Assembly (NCBI GenBank): GCA_032718475.1
Contig: JAUCBJ010000640.1
Coordinates: 31,767-95,766, forward strand
DNA from: Nemertoderma westbladi
Lineage: Eukaryota > Animalia > Xenacoelomorpha
DNA length: 64,000 nucleotides
Reading direction: 5' to 3'
The translations under genes and the position numbers were made by a program. The notes under the pieces were generated by a model. It was given only the letters and a program-made list of their open reading frames with translations. It did no database searches and was not told where the DNA came from. This document shows, piece by piece, positions 30,001-45,000 of the stretch; within the stretch, counting starts at the first letter, position 1; every line of letters starts with the position of its first letter.

Positions 30001-33000
30001 CCGAGGTGAGTAAATAAAGAGAGAGTTTAGGTTAATATACCTCCGAGGTGAGTAAATAAAGAGAGAGTTTAGGTTAATATACCTCCGAGGTGAGTAAATA
30101 AAGAGAGAGTTTAGGTTAATATACCTCCGAGGTGAGTAAATAAAGAGAGAGTTTAGGTTAATATACCTCCGAGGTGAGTAAATAAAGAGAGAGTTTAGGT
30201 TAATATACCTCCGAGGTGAGTAAATAAAGAGAGAGTTTAGGTTAATATACCCCCGAGGTGAGTAAATAAAGAGAGAGTTTAGGTTAATATACCCCCGAGG
30301 TGAGTAAATAAAGAGAGAGTTTAGGTTAATATACCTCCGAGGTGAGTAAATAAAGAGAGAGTTTAGGTTAATATACCTCCGAGGTGAGTAAATAAAGAGA
30401 GAGTTTAGGTTAATATACCTCCGAGGTGAGTAAATAAAGAGAGAGTTTAGGTTAATATACCTCCGAGGTGAGTAAATAAAGAGAGAGTTTAGGTTAATAT
30501 ACCTCCGAGGTGAGTAAATAAAGAGAGAGTTTAGGTTAATATACCCCCGAGGTGAGTAAATAAAGAGAGAGTTTAGGTTAATATACCCCCGAGGTGAGTA
30601 AATAAAGAGAGAGTTTAGGTTAATATACCTCCGAGGTGAGTAAATAAAGAGAGAGTTTAGGTTAATATACCCCCGAGGTGAGTAAATAAAGAGAGAGTTT
30701 AGGTTAATATACCCCCGAGGTGAGTAAATAAAGAGAGAGTTTAGGTTAATATACCTCCGAGGTGAGTAAATAAAGAGAGAGTTTAGGTTAATATACCCCC
30801 GAGGTGAGTAAATAAAGAGAGAGTTCAGGTTAACATACCCCCGAGGTGAGTAAATAAAGAGAGAGTTTAGGTTAATATACCTCCGAGGTGAGTAAATAAA
30901 GAGAGAGTTTAGGTTAATATACCCCCGAGGTGAGTAAATAAAGAGAGAGTTTAGGTTAATATACCTCCGAGGTGAGTAAATAAAGAGAGAGTTTAGGTTA
31001 ATATACCCCCGAGGTGAGTAAATAAAGAGAGAGTTCAGGTTAATATACCTCCGAGGTGAGTAAATAAAGAGAGAGTTTAGGTTAATATACCCCCGAGGTG
31101 AGTAAATAAAGAGAGAGTTTAGGTTAATATACCTCCGAGGTGAGTAAATAAAGAGGGAGTAGTTCAGGTTAATATACCTCCGAGGTGAGTAAATAAAGAG
31201 GGAGTTCAGGTTAATATACCCCCGAGGTGAGTAAATAAAGAGAGAGTTTAGGTTAATATACCTCCGAGGTGAGTAAATAAAGAGAGAGTTTAGGTTAATA
31301 TACCCCCGAGGTGAGTAAATAAAGAGAGAGTTTAGGTTAATATACCCCCGAGGTGAGTAAATAAAGAGAGAGTTCAGGTTAATATACCCCCGAGGTGAGT
31401 AAATAAAGATATAGTTCAGGTTAATATACCTCCGAGGTGAGTAAATAAAGAGGGAGTTCAGGTTAATATACCCCCGAGGTGAGTAAATAAAGATATAGTT
31501 CAGGTTAATATACCTCCGAGGTGAGTAAATAAAGAGAGAGTAGTTCAGGTTAATATACCTCCGAGGTGAGTAAATAAAGAGGGAGTTCAGGTTAATATAC
31601 CCCCGAGGTGAGTAAATAAAGATATAGTTCAGGTTAATATACCTCCGAGGTGAGTAAATAAAGAGGGAGTTCAGGTTAATATACCCCCGAGGTGAGTAAA
31701 TAAAGAGAGAGTAGTTCAGGTTAATATACCTCCGAGGTGAGTAAATAAAGAGGGAGTTTAGGTTAATATACCTCCGAGGTGAGTAAATAAAGAGGGAGTA
31801 GTTCAGGTTAATATACCTCCGAGGTGAGTAAATAAAGAGGGAGTAGTTCAGGTTAATATACCTCCGAGGTGAGTAAATAAAGAGGGAGTTTAGGTTAATA
31901 TACCCCCGAGGTGAGTAAATAAAGAGAGAGTAGTTCAGGTTAATATACCTCCGAGGTGAGTAAATAAAGAGGGAGTTTAGGTTAATATACCTCCGAGGTG
32001 AGTAAATAAAGAGGGAGTAGTTCAGGTTAATATACCTCCGAGGTGAGTAAATAAAGAGGGAGTAGTTCAGGTTAATATACCTCCGAGGTGAGTAAATAAA
32101 GAGGGAGTTTAGGTTAATATACCTCCGAGGTGAGTAAATAAAGAGGGAGTAGTTTAGGTTAATATACCTCCGAGGTGAGTAAATAAAGAGGGAGTTCAGG
32201 TTAATATACCCCCGAGGTGAGTAAATAAAGATATAGTTCAGGTTAATATACCTCCGAGGTGAGTAAATAAAGAGGGAGTTCAGGTTAATATACCCCCGAG
32301 GTGAGTAAATAAAGATATAGTTCAGGTTAATATACCTCCGAGGTGAGTAAATAAAGAGAGAGTTTAGGTTAATATACCTCCGAGGTGAGTAAATAAAGAG
32401 GGAGTAGTTCAGGTTAATATACCTCCGAGGTGAGTAAATAAAGAGAGAGTTTAGGTTAATATACCTCCGAGGTGAGTAAATAAAGAGAGAGTTTAGGTTA
32501 ATATACCCCCGAGGTGAGTAAATAAAGAGAGAGTTTAGGTTAATATACCTCCGAGGTGAGTAAATAAAGAGGGAGTTCAGGTTAATATACCCCCGAGGTG
32601 AGTAAATAAAGATATAGTTCAGGTTAATATACCTCCGAGGTGAGTAAATAAAGAGGGAGTTTAGGTTAATATACCCCCGAGGTGAGTAAATAAAGAGAGA
32701 GTTTAGGTTAATATACCTCCGAGGTGAGTAAATAAAGAGGGAGTAGTTCAGGTTAATATACCTCCGAGGTGAGTAAATAAAGAGAGAGTTTAGGTTAATA
32801 TACCTCCGAGGTGAGTAAATAAAGAGGGAGTAGTTCAGGTTAATATACCCCCGAGGTGAGTAAATAAAGATATAGTTCAGGTTAATATACCTCCGAGGTG
32901 AGTAAATAAAGAGGGAGTTTAGGTTAATATACCCCCGAGGTGAGTAAATAAAGAGAGAGTTTAGGTTAATATACCTCCGAGGTGAGTAAATAAAGAGGGA

Positions 33001-36000
33001 GTAGTTCAGGTTAATATACCTCCGAGGTGAGTAAATAAAGAGGGAGTAGTTCAGGTTAATATACCTCCGAGGTGAGTAAATAAAGAGAGAGTTTAGGTTA
33101 ATATACCTCCGAGGTGAGTAAATAAAGATATAGTTCAGGTTAATATACCTCCGAGGTGAGTAAATAAAGAGGGAGTTCAGGTTAATATACCCCCGAGGTG
33201 AGTAAATAAAGAGAGAGTAGTTCAGGTTAATATACCTCCGAGGTGAGTAAATAAAGAGGGAGTTCAGGTTAATATACCCCCGAGGTGAGTAAATAAAGAT
33301 ATAGTTCAGGTTAATATACCTCCGAGGTGAGTAAATAAAGAGGGAGTTCAGGTTAATATACCCCCGAGGTGAGTAAATAAAGAGAGAGTAGTTCAGGTTA
33401 ATATACCTCCGAGGTGAGTAAATAAAGATATAGTTCAGGTTAATATACCTCCGAGGTGAGTAAATAAAGAGGGAGTTCAGGTTAATATACCCCCGAGGTG
33501 AGTAAATAAAGAGAGAGTTTAGGTTAATATACCTCCGAGGTGAGTAAATAAAGAGAGAGTTTAGGTTAATATACCTCCGAGGTGAGTAAATAAAGAGGGA
33601 GTTCAGGTTAATATACCCCCGAGGTGAGTAAATAAAGAGAGAGTTTAGGTTAATATACCTCCGAGGTGAGTAAATAAAGAGAGAGTTTAGGTTAATATAC
33701 CTCCGAGGTGAGTAAATAAAGAGGGAGTTCAGGTTAATATACCCCCGAGGTGAGTAAATAAAGAGGGAGTAGTTCAGGTTAATATACCCCCGAGGTGAGT
33801 AAATAAAGAGAGAGTAGTTCAGGTTAATATACCTCCGAGGTGAGTAAATAAAGATATAGTTCAGGTTAATATACCTCCGAGGTGAGTAAATAAAGAGGGA
33901 GTTCAGGTTAATATACCCCCGAGGTGAGTAAATAAAGAGAGAGTTTAGGTTAATATACCTCCGAGGTGAGTAAATAAAGAGAGAGTTTAGGTTAATATAC
34001 CTCCGAGGTGAGTAAATAAAGAGGGAGTTCAGGTTAATATACCCCCGAGGTGAGTAAATAAAGAGGGAGTAGTTCAGGTTAATATACCCCCGAGGTGAGT
34101 AAATAAAGAGAGAGTTTAGGTTAATATACCTCCGAGGTGAGTAAATAAAGAGGGAGTTTAGGTTAATATACCTCCGAGGTGAGTAAATAAAGAGGGAGTT
34201 CAGGTTAATATACCCCGAGGTGAGTAAATAAAGAGGGAGTTTAGGTTAATATACCTCCGAGGTGAGTAAATAAAGAGAGAGTTTAGGTTAATATACCTCC
34301 GAGGTGAGTAAATAAAGAGAGAGTTTAGGTTAATATACCTCCGAGGTGAGTAAATAAAGAGGGAGTAGTTCAGGTTAATATACCTCCGAGGTGAGTAAAT
34401 AAAGAGAGAGTTTAGGTTAATATACCTCCGAGGTGAGTAAATAAAGAGGGAGTAGTTCAGGTTAATATACCTCCAAGGTGAGTAAATAAAGAGGGAGTTT
34501 AGGTTAATATACCTCCGAGGTGAGTAAATAAAGAGAGAGTTCAGGTTAATATACCCCGAGGTGAGTAAATAAAGAGGGAGTTCAGGTTAATATACCCCCG
34601 AGGTGAGTAAATAAAGAGGGAGTTCAGGTTAATATACCCCGAGGTGAGTAAATAAAGAGGGAGTTCAGGTTAATATACCCCCGAGGTGAGTAAATAAAGA
34701 GGGAGTAGTTCAGGTTAATATACCTCCGAGGTGAGTAAATAAAGAGGGAGTTTAGGTTAATATACCTCCGAGGTGAGTAAATAAAGAGAGAGTTCAGGTT
34801 AATATACCCCGAGGTGAGTAAATAAAGAGGGAGTTCAGGTTAATATACCCCGAGGTGAGTAAATAAAGAGGGAGTTCAGGTTAATATACCCCCGAGGTGA
34901 GTAAATAAAGAGGGAGTAGTTCAGGTTAATATACCCCCGAGGTGAGTAAATAAAGAGAGAGTTTAGGTTAATATACCTCCGAGGTGAGTAAATAAAGAGG
35001 GAGTTTAGGTTAATATACCTCCGAGGTGAGTAAATAAAGAGGGAGTTCAGGTTAATATACCCCGAGGTGAGTAAATAAAGAGGGAGTTTAGGTTAATATA
35101 CCTCCGAGGTGAGTAAATAAAGAGAGAGTTTAGGTTAATATACCTCCGAGGTGAGTAAATAAAGAGAGAGTTTAGGTTAATATACCTCCGAGGTGAGTAA
35201 ATAAAGAGGGAGTAGTTCAGGTTAATATACCTCCGAGGTGAGTAAATAAAGAGGGAGTAGTTCAGGTTAATATACCCCCGAGGTGAGTAAATAAAGAGGG
35301 AGTAGTTCAGGTTAATATACCTCCGAGGTGAGTAAATAAAGAGAGAGTTTAGGTTAATATACCTCCGAGGTGAGTAAATAAAGAGGGAGTAGTTCAGGTT
35401 AATATACCCCGAGGTGAGTAAATAAAGAGGGAGTTCAGGTTAATATACCCCGAGGTGAGTAAATAAAGAGGGAGTTTAGGTTAATATACCTCCGAGGTGA
35501 GTAAATAAAGAGGGAGTTTAGGTTAATATACCTCCGAGGTGAGTAAATAAAGAGAGAGTTTAGGTTAATATACCTCCGAGGTGAGTAAATAAAGAGGGAG
35601 TAGTTCAGGTTAATATACCTCCGAGGTGAGTAAATAAAGAGAGAGTTTAGGTTAATATACCTCCGAGGTGAGTAAATAAAGAGGGAGTAGTTCAGGTTAA
35701 TATACCTCCGAGGTGAGTAAATAAAGAGAGAGTTTAGGTTAATATACCTCCGAGGTGAGTAAATAAAGAGAGAGTTTAGGTTAATATACCTCCGAGGTGA
35801 GTAAATAAAGAGAGAGTTTAGGTTAATATACCCCCGAGGTGAGTAAATAAAGAGGGAGTTTAGGTTAATATACCTCCGAGGTGAGTAAATAAAGAGAGAG
35901 TTTAGGTTAATATACCTCCGAGGTGAGTAAATAAAGAGAGAGTTTAGGTTAATATACCTCCGAGGTGAGTAAATAAAGAGGGAGTAGTTCAGGTTAATAT

Positions 36001-39000
36001 ACCTCCGAGGTGAGTAAATAAAGAGAGAGTTTAGGTTAATATACCTCCGAGGTGAGTAAATAAAGAGGGAGTAGTTCAGGTTAATATACCTCCGAGGTGA
36101 GTAAATAAAGAGAGAGTTTAGGTTAATATACCTCCGAGGTGAGTAAATAAAGAGGGAGTAGTTCAGGTTAATATACCTCCGAGGTGAGTAAATAAAGAGG
36201 GAGTTTAGGTTAATATACCTCCGAGGTGAGTAAATAAAGAGAGAGTTCAGGTTAATATACCTCCGAGGTGAGTAAATAAAGAGGGAGTAGTTCAGGTTAA
36301 TATACCTCCGAGGTGAGTAAATAAAGAGAGAGTTTAGGTTAATATACCTCCGAGGTGAGTAAATAAAGAGGGAGTAGTTCAGGTTAATATACCTCCGAGG
36401 TGAGTAAATAAAGAGGGAGTTCAGGTTAATATACCCCGAGGTGAGTAAATAAAGAGAGAGTTTAGGTTAATATACCTCCGAGGTGAGTAAATAAAGAGGG
36501 AGTAGTTCAGGTTAATATACCTCCGAGGTGAGTAAATAAAGAGGGAGTTCAGGTTAATATACCCCGAGGTGAGTAAATAAAGAGGGAGTTTAGGTTAATA
36601 TACCTCCGAGGTGAGTAAATAAAGAGGGAGTAGTTCAGGTTAATATACCTCCGAGGTGAGTAAATAAAGAGAGAGTTTAGGTTAATATACCTCCGAGGTG
36701 AGTAAATAAAGAGGGAGTTTAGGTTAATATACCTCCGAGGTGAGTAAATAAAGAGGGAGTTCAGGTTAATATACCCCGAGGTGAGTAAATAAAGAGAGAG
36801 TTCAGGTTAATATACCTCCGAGGTGAGTAAATAAAGAGAGAGTTCAGGTTAATATACCCCCGAGGTGAGTAAATAAAGAGAGAGTTTAGGTTAATATACC
36901 TCCGAGGTGAGTAAATAAAGAGAGAGTTTAGGTTAATATACCTCCGAGGTGAGTAAATAAAGAGAGAGTTTAGGTTAATATACCTCCGAGGTGAGTAAAT
37001 AAAGAGAGAGTTCAGGTTAATATACCTCCGAGGTGAGTAAATAAAGAGAGAGTAGTTCAGGTTAATATACCTCCGAGGTGAGTAAATAAAGAGGGAGTAG
37101 TTCAGGTTAATATACCCCCGAGGTGAGTAAATAAAGAGAGAGTTTAGGTTAATATACCTCCGAGGTGAGTAAATAAAGAGGGAGTTTAGGTTAATATACC
37201 CCCGAGGTGAGTAAATAAAGAGAGAGTTTAGGTTAATATACCCCCGAGGTGAGTAAATAAAGAGAGAGTTCAGGTTAATATACCCCCGAGGTGAGTAAAT
37301 AAAGAGAGAGTTTAGGTTAATATACCTCCGAGGTGAGTAAATAAAGAGGGAGTAGTTCAGGTTAATATACCTCCGAGGTGAGTAAATAAAGAGAGAGTTT
37401 AGGTTAATATACCTCCGAGGTGAGTAAATAAAGAGGGAGTTTAGGTTAATATACCCCGAGGTGAGTAAATAAAGAGGGAGTAGTTCAGGTTAATATACCT
37501 CCGAGGTGAGTAAATAAAGAGGGAGTAGTTCAGGTTAATATACCTCCGAGGTGAGTAAATAAAGAGAGAGTTTAGGTTAATATACCTCCGAGGTGAGTAA
37601 ATAAAGAGGGAGTAGTTCAGGTTAATATACCTCCGAGGTGAGTAAATAAAGAGGGAGTAGTTCAGGTTAATATACCTCCGAGGTGAGTAAATAAAGAGAG
37701 AGTTTAGGTTAATATACCTCCGAGGTGAGTAAATAAAGAGGGAGTTCAGGTTAATATACCCCCGAGGTGAGTAAATAAAGAGGGAGTAGTTCAGGTTAAT
37801 ATACCCCCGAGGTGAGTAAATAAAGAGAGAGTTTAGGTTAATATACCTCCGAGGTGAGTAAATAAAGAGGGAGTTTAGGTTAATATACCTCCGAGGTGAG
37901 TAAATAAAGAGGGAGTTCAGGTTAATATACCCCGAGGTGAGTAAATAAAGAGGGAGTTTAGGTTAATATACCTCCGAGGTGAGTAAATAAAGAGAGAGTT
38001 TAGGTTAATATACCTCCGAGGTGAGTAAATAAAGAGAGAGTTTAGGTTAATATACCTCCGAGGTGAGTAAATAAAGAGGGAGTAGTTCAGGTTAATATAC
38101 CTCCGAGGTGAGTAAATAAAGAGAGAGTTTAGGTTAATATACCTCCGAGGTGAGTAAATAAAGAGGGAGTAGTTCAGGTTAATATACCTCCGAGGTGAGT
38201 AAATAAAGAGGGAGTTTAGGTTAATATACCTCCGAGGTGAGTAAATAAAGAGAGAGTTCAGGTTAATATACCCCGAGGTGAGTAAATAAAGAGGGAGTTC
38301 AGGTTAATATACCCCCGAGGTGAGTAAATAAAGAGGGAGTTCAGGTTAATATACCCCGAGGTGAGTAAATAAAGAGGGAGTTCAGGTTAATATACCCCCG
38401 AGGTGAGTAAATAAAGAGGGAGTAGTTCAGGTTAATATACCTCCGAGGTGAGTAAATAAAGAGGGAGTTTAGGTTAATATACCTCCGAGGTGAGTAAATA
38501 AAGAGAGAGTTCAGGTTAATATACCCCGAGGTGAGTAAATAAAGAGGGAGTTCAGGTTAATATACCCCGAGGTGAGTAAATAAAGAGGGAGTTCAGGTTA
38601 ATATACCCCCGAGGTGAGTAAATAAAGAGGGAGTAGTTCAGGTTAATATACCCCCGAGGTGAGTAAATAAAGAGAGAGTTTAGGTTAATATACCTCCGAG
38701 GTGAGTAAATAAAGAGGGAGTTTAGGTTAATATACCTCCGAGGTGAGTAAATAAAGAGGGAGTTCAGGTTAATATACCCCGAGGTGAGTAAATAAAGAGG
38801 GAGTTTAGGTTAATATACCTCCGAGGTGAGTAAATAAAGAGAGAGTTTAGGTTAATATACCTCCGAGGTGAGTAAATAAAGAGAGAGTTTAGGTTAATAT
38901 ACCTCCGAGGTGAGTAAATAAAGAGGGAGTAGTTCAGGTTAATATACCTCCGAGGTGAGTAAATAAAGAGGGAGTAGTTCAGGTTAATATACCCCCGAGG

Positions 39001-42000
39001 TGAGTAAATAAAGAGGGAGTAGTTCAGGTTAATATACCTCCGAGGTGAGTAAATAAAGAGAGAGTTTAGGTTAATATACCTCCGAGGTGAGTAAATAAAG
39101 AGGGAGTAGTTCAGGTTAATATACCCCGAGGTGAGTAAATAAAGAGGGAGTTCAGGTTAATATACCCCGAGGTGAGTAAATAAAGAGGGAGTTTAGGTTA
39201 ATATACCTCCGAGGTGAGTAAATAAAGAGGGAGTTTAGGTTAATATACCTCCGAGGTGAGTAAATAAAGAGAGAGTTTAGGTTAATATACCTCCGAGGTG
39301 AGTAAATAAAGAGGGAGTAGTTCAGGTTAATATACCTCCGAGGTGAGTAAATAAAGAGAGAGTTTAGGTTAATATACCTCCGAGGTGAGTAAATAAAGAG
39401 GGAGTAGTTCAGGTTAATATACCTCCGAGGTGAGTAAATAAAGAGAGAGTTTAGGTTAATATACCTCCGAGGTGAGTAAATAAAGAGAGAGTTTAGGTTA
39501 ATATACCTCCGAGGTGAGTAAATAAAGAGAGAGTTTAGGTTAATATACCCCCGAGGTGAGTAAATAAAGAGGGAGTTTAGGTTAATATACCTCCGAGGTG
39601 AGTAAATAAAGAGAGAGTTTAGGTTAATATACCTCCGAGGTGAGTAAATAAAGAGAGAGTTTAGGTTAATATACCTCCGAGGTGAGTAAATAAAGAGGGA
39701 GTAGTTCAGGTTAATATACCTCCGAGGTGAGTAAATAAAGAGAGAGTTTAGGTTAATATACCTCCGAGGTGAGTAAATAAAGAGGGAGTAGTTCAGGTTA
39801 ATATACCTCCGAGGTGAGTAAATAAAGAGAGAGTTTAGGTTAATATACCTCCGAGGTGAGTAAATAAAGAGGGAGTAGTTCAGGTTAATATACCTCCGAG
39901 GTGAGTAAATAAAGAGGGAGTTTAGGTTAATATACCTCCGAGGTGAGTAAATAAAGAGAGAGTTCAGGTTAATATACCTCCGAGGTGAGTAAATAAAGAG
40001 GGAGTAGTTCAGGTTAATATACCTCCGAGGTGAGTAAATAAAGAGAGAGTTTAGGTTAATATACCTCCGAGGTGAGTAAATAAAGAGGGAGTAGTTCAGG
40101 TTAATATACCTCCGAGGTGAGTAAATAAAGAGGGAGTTCAGGTTAATATACCCCGAGGTGAGTAAATAAAGAGAGAGTTTAGGTTAATATACCTCCGAGG
40201 TGAGTAAATAAAGAGGGAGTAGTTCAGGTTAATATACCTCCGAGGTGAGTAAATAAAGAGGGAGTTCAGGTTAATATACCCCGAGGTGAGTAAATAAAGA
40301 GGGAGTTTAGGTTAATATACCTCCGAGGTGAGTAAATAAAGAGGGAGTAGTTCAGGTTAATATACCTCCTAGGTGAGTAAATAAAGAGAGAGTTTAGGTT
40401 AATATACCTCCGAGGTGAGTAAATAAAGAGGGAGTTTAGGTTAATATACCTCCGAGGTGAGTAAATAAAGAGGGAGTTCAGGTTAATATACCCCGAGGTG
40501 AGTAAATAAAGAGAGAGTTCAGGTTAATATACCTCCGAGGTGAGTAAATAAAGAGAGAGTTCAGGTTAATATACCCCCGAGGTGAGTAAATAAAGAGAGA
40601 GTTTAGGTTAATATACCTCCGAGGTGAGTAAATAAAGAGAGAGTTTAGGTTAATATACCTCCGAGGTGAGTAAATAAAGAGAGAGTTTAGGTTAATATAC
40701 CTCCGAGGTGAGTAAATAAAGAGAGAGTTCAGGTTAATATACCTCCGAGGTGAGTAAATAAAGAGAGAGTAGTTCAGGTTAATATACCTCCGAGGTGAGT
40801 AAATAAAGAGGGAGTAGTTCAGGTTAATATACCCCCGAGGTGAGTAAATAAAGAGAGAGTTTAGGTTAATATACCTCCGAGGTGAGTAAATAAAGAGGGA
40901 GTTTAGGTTAATATACCCCCGAGGTGAGTAAATAAAGAGAGAGTTTAGGTTAATATACCCCCGAGGTGAGTAAATAAAGAGAGAGTTCAGGTTAATATAC
41001 CCCCGAGGTGAGTAAATAAAGAGAGAGTTTAGGTTAATATACCTCCGAGGTGAGTAAATAAAGAGGGAGTAGTTCAGGTTAATATACCTCCGAGGTGAGT
41101 AAATAAAGAGAGAGTTTAGGTTAATATACCTCCGAGGTGAGTAAATAAAGAGGGAGTTTAGGTTAATATACCCCGAGGTGAGTAAATAAAGAGGGAGTAG
41201 TTCAGGTTAATATACCTCCGAGGTGAGTAAATAAAGAGGGAGTAGTTCAGGTTAATATACCTCCGAGGTGAGTAAATAAAGAGAGAGTTTAGGTTAATAT
41301 ACCTCCGAGGTGAGTAAATAAAGAGGGAGTAGTTCAGGTTAATATACCTCCGAGGTGAGTAAATAAAGAGGGAGTAGTTCAGGTTAATATACCTCCGAGG
41401 TGAGTAAATAAAGAGAGAGTTTAGGTTAATATACCTCCGAGGTGAGTAAATAAAGAGGGAGTTTAGGTTAATATACCCCGAGGTGAGTAAATAAAGAGGG
41501 AGTAGTTCAGGTTAATATACCTCCGAGGTGAGTAAATAAAGAGGGAGTAGTTCAGGTTAATATACCTCCGAGGTGAGTAAATAAAGAGAGAGTTTAGGTT
41601 AATATACCTCCGAGGTGAGTAAATAAAGAGGGAGTAGTTCAGGTTAATATACCTCCGAGGTGAGTAAATAAAGAGAGAGTTTAGGTTAATATACCTCCGA
41701 GGTGAGTAAATAAAGAGGGAGTTTAGGTTAATATACCTCCGAGGTGAGTAAATAAAGAGGGAGTAGTTCAGGTTAATATACCTCCGAGGTGAGTAAATAA
41801 AGAGGGAGTAGTTCAGGTTAATATACCTCCGAGGTGAGTAAATAAAGAGAGAGTTTAGGTTAATATACCTCCGAGGTGAGTAAATAAAGAGGGAGTAGTT
41901 CAGGTTAATATACCCCCGAGGTGAGTAAATAAAGAGAGAGTTTAGGTTAATATACCTCCGAGGTGAGTAAATAAAGAGGGAGTAGTTCAGGTTAATATAC

Positions 42001-45000
42001 CTCCGAGGTGAGTAAATAAAGAGAGAGTTTAGGTTAATATACCCCCGAGGTGAGTAAATAAAGAGAGAGTTCAGGTTAATATACCTCCGAGGTGAGTAAA
42101 TAAAGAGGGAGTAGTTCAGGTTAATATACCCCCGAGGTGAGTAAATAAAGAGAGAGTTTAGGTTAATATACCTCCGAGGTGAGTAAATAAAGAGGGAGTA
42201 GTTCAGGTTAATATACCTCCGAGGTGAGTAAATAAAGAGAGAGTTTAGGTTAATATACCCCCGAGGTGAGTAAATAAAGAGAGAGTTCAGGTTAATATAC
42301 CTCCGAGGTGAGTAAATAAAGAGAGAGTTCAGGTTAATATACCTCCGAGGTGAGTAAATAAAGAGGGAGTTTAGGTTAATATACCCCCGAGGTGAGTAAA
42401 TAAAGAGGGAGTTTAGGTTAATATACCTCCGAGGTGAGTAAATAAAGAGGGAGTAGTTCAGGTTAATATACCTCCGAGGTGAGTAAATAAAGAGAGAGTT
42501 TAGGTTAATATACCCCCGAGGTGAGTAAATAAAGAGGGAGTTTAGGTTAATATACCCCCGAGGTGAGTAAATAAAGAGGGAGTTTAGGTTAATATACCCC
42601 CGAGGTGAGTAAATAAAGAGGGAGTTTAGGTTAATATACCTCCGAGGTGAGTAAATAAAGAGGGAGTTTAGGTTAATATACCTCCGAGGTGAGTAAATAA
42701 AGAGGGAGTAGTTCAGGTTAATATACCTCCGAGGTGAGTAAATAAAGAGGGAGTAGTTCAGGTTAATATACCTCCGAGGTGAGTAAATAAAGAGGGAGTT
42801 TAGGTTAATATACCTCCGAGGTGAGTAAATAAAGAGGGAGTTTAGGTTAATATACCTCCGAGGTGAGTAAATAAAGAGGGAGTAGTTCAGGTTAATATAC
42901 CTCCGAGGTGAGTAAATAAAGAGGGAGTAGTTCAGGTTAATATACCTCCGAGGTGAGTAAATAAAGAGGGAGTTTAGGTTAATATACCTCCGAGGTGAGT
43001 AAATAAAGAGGGAGTTTAGGTTAATATACCTCCGAGGTGAGTAAATAAAGAGGGAGTAGTTCAGGTTAATATACCTCCGAGGTGAGTAAATAAAGAGAGA
43101 GTTTAGGTTAATATACCCCCGAGGTGAGTAAATAAAGAGAGAGTAGTTCAGGTTAATATACCCCCGAGGTGAGTAAATAAAGAGAGAGTTTAGGTTAATA
43201 TACCTCCGAGGTGAGTAAATAAAGAGGGAGTAGTTCAGGTTAATATACCTCCGAGGTGAGTAAATAAAGAGAGAGTTTAGGTTAATATACCCCCGAGGTG
43301 AGTAAATAAAGAGAGAGTTTAGGTTAATATACCTCCGAGGTGAGTAAATAAAGAGGGAGTAGTTCAGGTTAATATACCTCCGAGGTGAGTAAATAAAGAG
43401 AGAGTTTAGGTTAATATACCTCCGAGGTGAGTAAATAAAGAGGGAGTTTAGGTTAATATACCTCCGAGGTGAGTAAATAAAGAGGGAGTAGTTCAGGTTA
43501 ATATACCTCCGAGGTGAGTAAATAAAGAGAGAGTTTAGGTTAATATACCTCCGAGGTGAGTAAATAAAGAGGGAGTTTAGGTTAATATACCTCCGAGGTG
43601 AGTAAATAAAGAGGGAGTTTAGGTTAATATACCTCCGAGGTGAGTAAATAAAGAGGGAGTAGTTCAGGTTAATATACCTCCGAGGTGAGTAAATAAAGAG
43701 GGAGTAGTTCAGGTTAATATACCCCCGAGGTGAGTAAATAAAGAGGGAGTTTAGGTTAATATACCTCCGAGGTGAGTAAATAAAGAGAGAGTTTAGGTTA
43801 ATATACCTCCGAGGTGAGTAAATAAAGAGGGAGTAGTTCAGGTTAATATACCTCCGAGGTGAGTAAATAAAGAGAGAGTTTAGGTTAATATACCTCCGAG
43901 GTGAGTAAATAAAGAGAGAGTTTAGGTTAATATACCTCCGAGGTGAGTAAATAAAGAGAGAGTTTAGGTTAATATACCTCCGAGGTGAGTAAATAAAGAG
44001 AGAGTTTAGGTTAATATACCTCCGAGGTGAGTAAATAAAGAGGGAGTAGTTCAGGTTAATATACCTCCGAGGTGAGTAAATAAAGAGGGAGTAGTTCAGG
44101 TTAATATACCTCCGAGGTGAGTAAATAAAGAGGGAGTAGTTCAGGTTAATATACCTCCGAGGTGAGTAAATAAAGAGAGAGTTTAGGTTAATATACCTCC
44201 GAGGTGAGTAAATAAAGAGGGAGTTTAGGTTAATATACCTCCGAGGTGAGTAAATAAAGAGAGAGTTTAGGTTAATATACCTCCGAGGTGAGTAAATAAA
44301 GAGAGAGTTTAGGTTAATATACCTCCGAGGTGAGTAAATAAAGAGAGAGTTTAGGTTAATATACCTCCGAGGTGAGTAAATAAAGAGAGAGTTTAGGTTA
44401 ATATACCTCCGAGGTGAGTAAATAAAGAGGGAGTAGTTCAGGTTAATATACCTCCGAGGTGAGTAAATAAAGAGAGAGTAGTTCAGGTTAATATACCTCC
44501 GAGGTGAGTAAATAAAGAGGGAGTAGTTCAGGTTAATATACCTCCGAGGTGAGTAAATAAAGAGAGAGTTTAGGTTAATATACCTCCGAGGTGAGTAAAT
44601 AAAGAGGGAGTAGTTCAGGTTAATATACCTCCGAGGTGAGTAAATAAAGAGGGAGTTCAGGTTAATATACCTCCGAGGTGAGTAAATAAAGAGGGAGTTT
44701 AGGTTAATATACCTCCGAGGTGAGTAAATAAAGAGAGAGTTTAGGTTAATATACCTCCGAGGTGAGTAAATAAAGAGAGAGTTTAGGTTAATATACCTCC
44801 GAGGTGAGTAAATAAAGAGAGAGTTCAGGTTAATATACCTCCGAGGTGAGTAAATAAAGAGGGAGTTTAGGTTAATATACCTCCGAGGTGAGTAAATAAA
44901 GAGGGAGTAGTTCAGGTTAATATACCTCCGAGGTGAGTAAATAAAGAGGGAGTTTAGGTTAATATACCTCCGAGGTGAGTAAATAAAGAGGGAGTTTCAG

